Assembly: GCA_963764525.1 (NCBI GenBank)
Contig: CAVXTC010000029.1
Coordinates: 143,447 to 207,446, forward strand
DNA: 64,000 bases
DNA from: an uncultured Pseudomonadota bacterium
GTDB taxonomy: Bacteria > Pseudomonadota > Alphaproteobacteria > Acetobacterales > Acetobacteraceae
Reading direction: 5' to 3'
Part shown: piece after piece, positions 60,223 through 64,000 of the stretch
How the letters are laid out: each line of letters opens with the position of its first letter
Numbering within the stretch: the first letter of the stretch is position 1
Notes under the pieces: model-generated
The model's database searches: none
What the model saw: the letters and a program-made list of their open reading frames with translations, nothing else
What the model was told of the DNA's origin: nothing
Translations under genes and position numbers: made by a program

Positions 60223-60897
60223 ATGCGGCTTCTCGCGGTTGAAGATGAGCCCGAACTGGGCGCCCTGCTTTGCGCTGCACTCTCGCGAAGCGGGTTCGCG
60301 GTGGACCTCGCCCCCGGCATCACCGCTGCCGGCGATCACCTCGCGGTGGTGGGCTATGACGCCCTGATCCTTGATCTCGGCCTGCCCGACGGCGAAGGCC
60401 TCAGCCTGTTGCGCGTCCTGCGCCAGCGGGGAGATACCACCCCGGTGCTGATCCTGACAGCACGAGACGCGCCGGAGGATCGTGTGACCGGGCTGGACAC
60501 CGGAGCGGACGACTACCTGGTCAAGCCGTTCCATATGGCGGAAATGATCTCGCGTGTCCGCGCGCTGCTACGGCGGCCGAATGCCGCTTTGGGCGTCCGG
60601 CTGGAACTCGGCAACCTCGAGCTGGACACCACCAGCCGCCAGACCTTTGTCGGCGGACAGGCATTATTGCTGTCCGCGCGCGAGGTGGCCTTGCTGGAAC
60701 TGCTGCTGCGGCGCCAGGGACGCGTGGTGACGCGCGGGGCCGTCGAGCAAAGCATCTATGATTTCAACACGACGCTCGGCTCGAATGCCGTGGAGGTCCT
60801 GGTGCATCGGCTGCGCCGCAAGCTCACCGATGCCGGAGCGACGCCGGCAATCTACACCCTGCGCGGGGTCGGCTACATGCTTACCGTCGCGTCATGA
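60223..60897 (+). CDS. OmpR-family response regulator
   Basis: MRLLAVEDEP..DALILDLGLPDGEG..VLILTARD..DDYLVKPF.. receiver domain plus a winged-helix C-terminus ..IYTLRGVGYML. Confidence 0.9.
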   Translation: MRLLAVEDEPELGALLCAALSRSGFAVDLAPGITAAGDHLAVVGYDALILDLGLPDGEGLSLLRVLRQRGDTTPVLILTARDAPEDRVTGLDTGADDYLVKPFHMAEMISRVRALLRRPNAALGVRLELGNLELDTTSRQTFVGGQALLLSAREVALLELLLRRQGRVVTRGAVEQSIYDFNTTLGSNAVEVLVHRLRRKLTDAGATPAIYTLRGVGYMLTVAS

Positions 60898-62420
60898 CCC
60901 CGCCGCCACCATCGTTGGCGTTCCGGCTTGCCTGGCGGCTGGCGCTGGTCGTCGTTGCTGCCGTCGCGTTGGCCGCGCTTGCGGTCGGCTGGCGGTCCGT
61001 GGTGGTGGTGCGGAGCCTCGATGACACGGCCTTGCAGGACCAGGCGCGCACCATTGCCGCCCATCTGGCCGCGGGCCCGAACGGACTTCCGGTGCTCGCG
61101 CTTCCGCGCCCGTTCGCGGCGGCATTCGGTGCTTCGGGGGGCAGCAATCTGTTCCTGATCATCGGCGCCAATGGAACCGTGCTGGACGCATCTTCTACCG
61201 GCGCGCGATCCGCGCTCGGGGACGTGATGCCGGCGCAGCCAGGCCTGTTCCGCGTCAGCCCGTCGCCACGTCACCCGGACGGCATGCTGGGATTCGCCCA
61301 GAGCGCCGGTGAGTGGCGCATTATCGTGGCGCAAGGGCGAGAGCAGAGCGAGGCACTGGTGCGCGGTGTGCTCCGCGACTTGCTGTCCACCGGGCTTGGC
61401 CTGCTGGCGGCGATTGGGACAGCGGCGGTGCTGATCGCGGTCGGGACCCTCCGACAGGGGCTGCGTCCGGTGCGAGAGGTGTCCGCGGCGGCAGCACGGG
61501 TCGGCCCGAGCCGGCCGGGCGCGCGACTCCCTGAAACCCACATGCCCGGCGAGATCGCGCCCCTGGTCAGCGCAGTCAATCAGGCGCTCGCGCGGCTGGA
61601 ATCAGCGCTCGCCGCACAGCGCCGGTTCGTCGGAGAGGCCGCGCATACATTGCGCACCCCGCTGGCGGTGCTGATGGCACGACTGGACTCGCTCCCCGAG
61701 GGTGCGGACGTGCAAGCATTGCGGCAGGACGCCGATCGCATGGCGCGTCTGGTGGCGCAGATGCTGCAAATGGGCCGCATCGATGGTGCGCCGGTCGATC
61801 TGTCCGAGCACGTGGACCTTCGGGCGGTGGCCCTGGAAGCGATCAGCACGCTGGCGCCGCTCGCGCTTCGCCGCGATCTCGACCTGGCCCTGACCGGCAC
61901 GCCGTGCGAGCCGATCCGCGGCAATCACGCGGCGCTGGTGGTCGCATTGCAGAATCTGATCGAGAACGCGCTCGGCCACGCCCCGCCCGGCAGCACCGTG
62001 CAGGTGGAGCTTGCGGCACCCGCCATACTGCGCGTGCTGGACCGCGGCCGCGGCGTGTCGGAGCAGGAGCGCGCCGTCATTTTCGAGCGGTTCCGTCGCG
62101 GTCGCTCGCCGTCAGATACCGGCGGGGCCGGGCTTGGGCTGTCGATCGTGGCGGGGATCGTCGCCGCACATGGCGGTTCAGCGCGAGCCGCGACGCGCGA
62201 AGGCGGCGGAGCCGTCTTTGTGCTGGACCTGCGGAACGCCGCCCGGGTCGCGCCGCTTGCGGCCGGTGATCATTGCCCAGACCAGGTTCTCGCGATGCAG
62301 CCCGCTCGACACCACAACCCCGGCCAGGTGCAACCCGATCAGGACCAGCAACAGGTGACCCGAAATGTGGTGCAGGTGATCCACCCAGGGCACGCCGAAC
62401 CAGGCGTCGGTCTGCGATAG
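60894..62420 (+). CDS. sensor histidine kinase (two TM, HisKA + HATPase_c)
   Basis: ATGA overlap with the regulator gene. H-box RRFVGEAAHTLRTPLA, N-box IENALGH, G-boxes DRGRGV and GGAGLGLSIV. Family-like sequence ends near ~62234 (..GAVFVLDLR). The remaining 61 codons overlap the convergent gene. Confidence 0.8.
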   Translation: MTPPPPSLAFRLAWRLALVVVAAVALAALAVGWRSVVVVRSLDDTALQDQARTIAAHLAAGPNGLPVLALPRPFAAAFGASGGSNLFLIIGANGTVLDASSTGARSALGDVMPAQPGLFRVSPSPRHPDGMLGFAQSAGEWRIIVAQGREQSEALVRGVLRDLLSTGLGLLAAIGTAAVLIAVGTLRQGLRPVREVSAAAARVGPSRPGARLPETHMPGEIAPLVSAVNQALARLESALAAQRRFVGEAAHTLRTPLAVLMARLDSLPEGADVQALRQDADRMARLVAQMLQMGRIDGAPVDLSEHVDLRAVALEAISTLAPLALRRDLDLALTGTPCEPIRGNHAALVVALQNLIENALGHAPPGSTVQVELAAPAILRVLDRGRGVSEQERAVIFERFRRGRSPSDTGGAGLGLSIVAGIVAAHGGSARAATREGGGAVFVLDLRNAARVAPLAAGDHCPDQVLAMQPARHHNPGQVQPDQDQQQVTRNVVQVIHPGHAEPGVGLR

Positions 62421-62792
62421 CCAGCCGCTCCCCGACACGATGACCAGCATCGCGAGCATGACAACAATCATGGCGCCGCCGGCCGGGTTGTGCCCCAGAT
62501 AGCGCGGCGCCCGGCCGCCACGCAGCAGCAGCAGATAGCGTAGCATGGTGCGCGGGCCGCGCACGAAATTGGCGAATCGCGCGTGCGGGCTGCCAGCCAT
62601 GCCCCAAATCAGGCGTGCCGCCACAAGCGCCAACACCGCATAACCGGCATCCTCGTGCAGCCAGCGCGGTCCGTCGGTGGTCAGGAAGGCCACCAGGACA
62701 AGCGTCGCCGTGCCCCAGTGGAACAGACGCACGAAGCGGTCCCAGACCGGAAAGGTCGGGATCGCTTCGTCGGACCAAATCTTACTCGGCAT
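62178..62792 (-). CDS. cytochrome b561 (CybB/Ni-Fe hydrogenase b-type cytochrome-like) membrane protein
   Basis: ..WDRFVRLFHWGTATLVLVAFLT.., ..GHNPAGGAMIVVML.., ..HHISGHLLLVLIGLHLAGVV..ENLVWAMITGRK. ATG at 62790-62792 overlaps the PepSY gene end by 11 nt. Confidence 0.8.
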   Translation of the reverse strand: MPSKIWSDEAIPTFPVWDRFVRLFHWGTATLVLVAFLTTDGPRWLHEDAGYAVLALVAARLIWGMAGSPHARFANFVRGPRTMLRYLLLLRGGRAPRYLGHNPAGGAMIVVMLAMLVIVSGSGWLSQTDAWFGVPWVDHLHHISGHLLLVLIGLHLAGVVVSSGLHRENLVWAMITGRKRRDPGGVPQVQHKDGSAAFARRGSR

Positions 62793-63042
62793 TGTGAATG
62801 GCGCCGGTCGCCGCATCGAGCTCCAGCTCGAAGCGCTTTCCCTTGGCGTCGAAGCCTTTGGCTTCGTAGCAGCCGTTGTGCAGCGACAGGCTGCGGATCT
62901 GGGTGTAGCCACGGTCGGCCAGGCTCTTTTCCATCGCCGACCGGGTCATCTGCTGACCGGTGCTGTGGCACGATTCCTCGGCGAGAGCGGCCGGCGCGGC
63001 CATCACGAGGGCAAAGCAGGCAAGCAGGATCGAAACGCGCAT
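62782..63042 (-). CDS. PepSY domain-containing small periplasmic protein
   Basis: Signal MRVSILLACFALVMAAPAALA. ..GYTQIRSLSLHNGCYEAKGFDAKGKRFELELDAATGAI.. is a typical PepSY fold sequence. Confidence 0.7.
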   Translation of the reverse strand: MRVSILLACFALVMAAPAALAEESCHSTGQQMTRSAMEKSLADRGYTQIRSLSLHNGCYEAKGFDAKGKRFELELDAATGAIHNAE

Positions 63043-63123
63043 ATGGGACTGTCTCCAGGTTCATGGAACGCGAGCCATGCTGCCGAGGGCCGCTTACGCC
63101 ATGCTTACGGCCATGCTTGCTGA

Positions 63124-63303
<180 letters not shown>

Positions 63304-64000
63304 TCAGCGGCGCCGATGCAGGGCGGCGGCAACCGTATTCTCCAGCAGGCAGGCAATCGTCATCGGCCCGACCCCGCCGGGCACCGGGGTAATTGCGCCC
63401 GCCCGCGCCAGCGCCTCTGTATAAGCCACGTCGCCCACCAGCCGACCGTCGGGCAGCCGGTTGATCCCGACATCGATCACCGTGGCGCCCGGAGCGATCC
63501 AGTCGCCGCGAACCATCTCCGCCCGGCCGGTCGCCGCGACCAGGATCTCCGCCCGGCGGCACTCGGCCGGCAGGTCGCGGGTGCGGGAGTGCGCGACGGT
63601 GACCGTGGCGTTGGCCGCGGTCAGCAGGGCCGCCATCGGCCGGCCGACGATCCCCGACCGTCCCAGCACCAGCGCACGTGCGCCGCTGACGGCTATGCCC
63701 TCCGCTTCCAGCAGCTTCATCACCCCGAGTGGCGTACAGGGCACCAGCCCGGGGCGGCCGGCCGCCAGCCGTCCGACATTCAGCGGATGAAATCCGTCCA
63801 CGTCCTTGTCCGGGTCCACCGCTGCGATCACCGCGTCGGTGTCGATCCCGTCCGGGAGTGGAAGCTGGACAAGAATCCCATCGATCGCCGGATCCGCGTT
63901 CAGCCGGCCGATTTCCGCCAGCAAGGCAGACTGTGTGGTGGTCGCCGGGAGCCGGATGGTGGTGGCGGCGATGCCGGCGAGGCTGGCGGCGCGATCCTTG
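63304..64000 (-). CDS. folD: bifunctional methylenetetrahydrofolate dehydrogenase/methenyl-THF cyclohydrolase (5' end outside window)
   Basis: ..[89 protein letters not shown]. Confidence 0.9.
   Translation of the reverse strand, partial: KDRAASLAGIAATTIRLPATTTQSALLAEIGRLNADPAIDGILVQLPLPDGIDTDAVIAAVDPDKDVDGFHPLNVGRLAAGRPGLVPCTPLGVMKLLEAEGIAVSGARALVLGRSGIVGRPMAALLTAANATVTVAHSRTRDLPAECRRAEILVAATGRAEMVRGDWIAPGATVIDVGINRLPDGRLVGDVAYTEALARAGAITPVPGGVGPMTIACLLENTVAAALHRRR

Overview
High-GC (by eye about two-thirds G+C) chromosomal segment that looks alphaproteobacterial. Supporting this: a DUF1674/SDHAF4-like mini-protein, intergenic repeats of the 'cattcccgcgaaagcgggaa' type, PEP-CTERM/exosortase-associated genes.

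Core genes: rpmI-rplT, rpsF-rpsR-rplI, folD (partial), isocitrate lyase with a divergent RamB-like regulator, msrB, ggt.

Transport and catabolic modules: an MFS transporter + three tandem amidohydrolase_2 paralogues + flavin reductase operon; a sugar-type ABC importer with a luciferase-like monooxygenase; orphan solute-binding proteins; D-aminoacylase; wecB-wecC plus an exosortase-type glycosyltransferase.

Signalling: a chemoreceptor (MCP); an OmpR-type two-component system next to PepSY/cytochrome b561.

Accessory islets are lower in GC (about 20.25-20.9 kb, 36-40.8 kb, 49-53.7 kb). They carry toxin-antitoxin pairs (VapBC, MazEF-like, a decayed DUF433/DUF5615 pair), an IS5-family transposase remnant, two 156-bp MITE-like repeats bracketing a 1.9-kb cassette, and decayed AAC(3)-I-like, SRPBCC, CMD and Uma2 genes.

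The most interesting locus is 13043-15859. An 86-aa two-TM protein is translationally coupled to an effector-less NB-ARC/TPR STAND (NLR-like) NTPase. The NTPase's short N-terminus carries a ~21-residue G/N/Q-rich motif that also occurs in the loop of the small protein. Its C-terminus is an array of eight near-identical 138-bp (46-aa) repeats with localised variable codons. I interpret this as a candidate NLR-plus-membrane-effector (amyloid/templating-like) conflict system; this is inference only.

Two technical caveats:
- More than 35 frame-disrupting lesions are spread unevenly over about 20 genes.
- An exact A100+G13 tract at 49192-49304 looks like a recoded scaffold gap.

I recognised no rRNA, tRNA or CRISPR array. 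Many long ORFs in the supplied track are antisense shadow ORFs typical of high-GC DNA and were not called.
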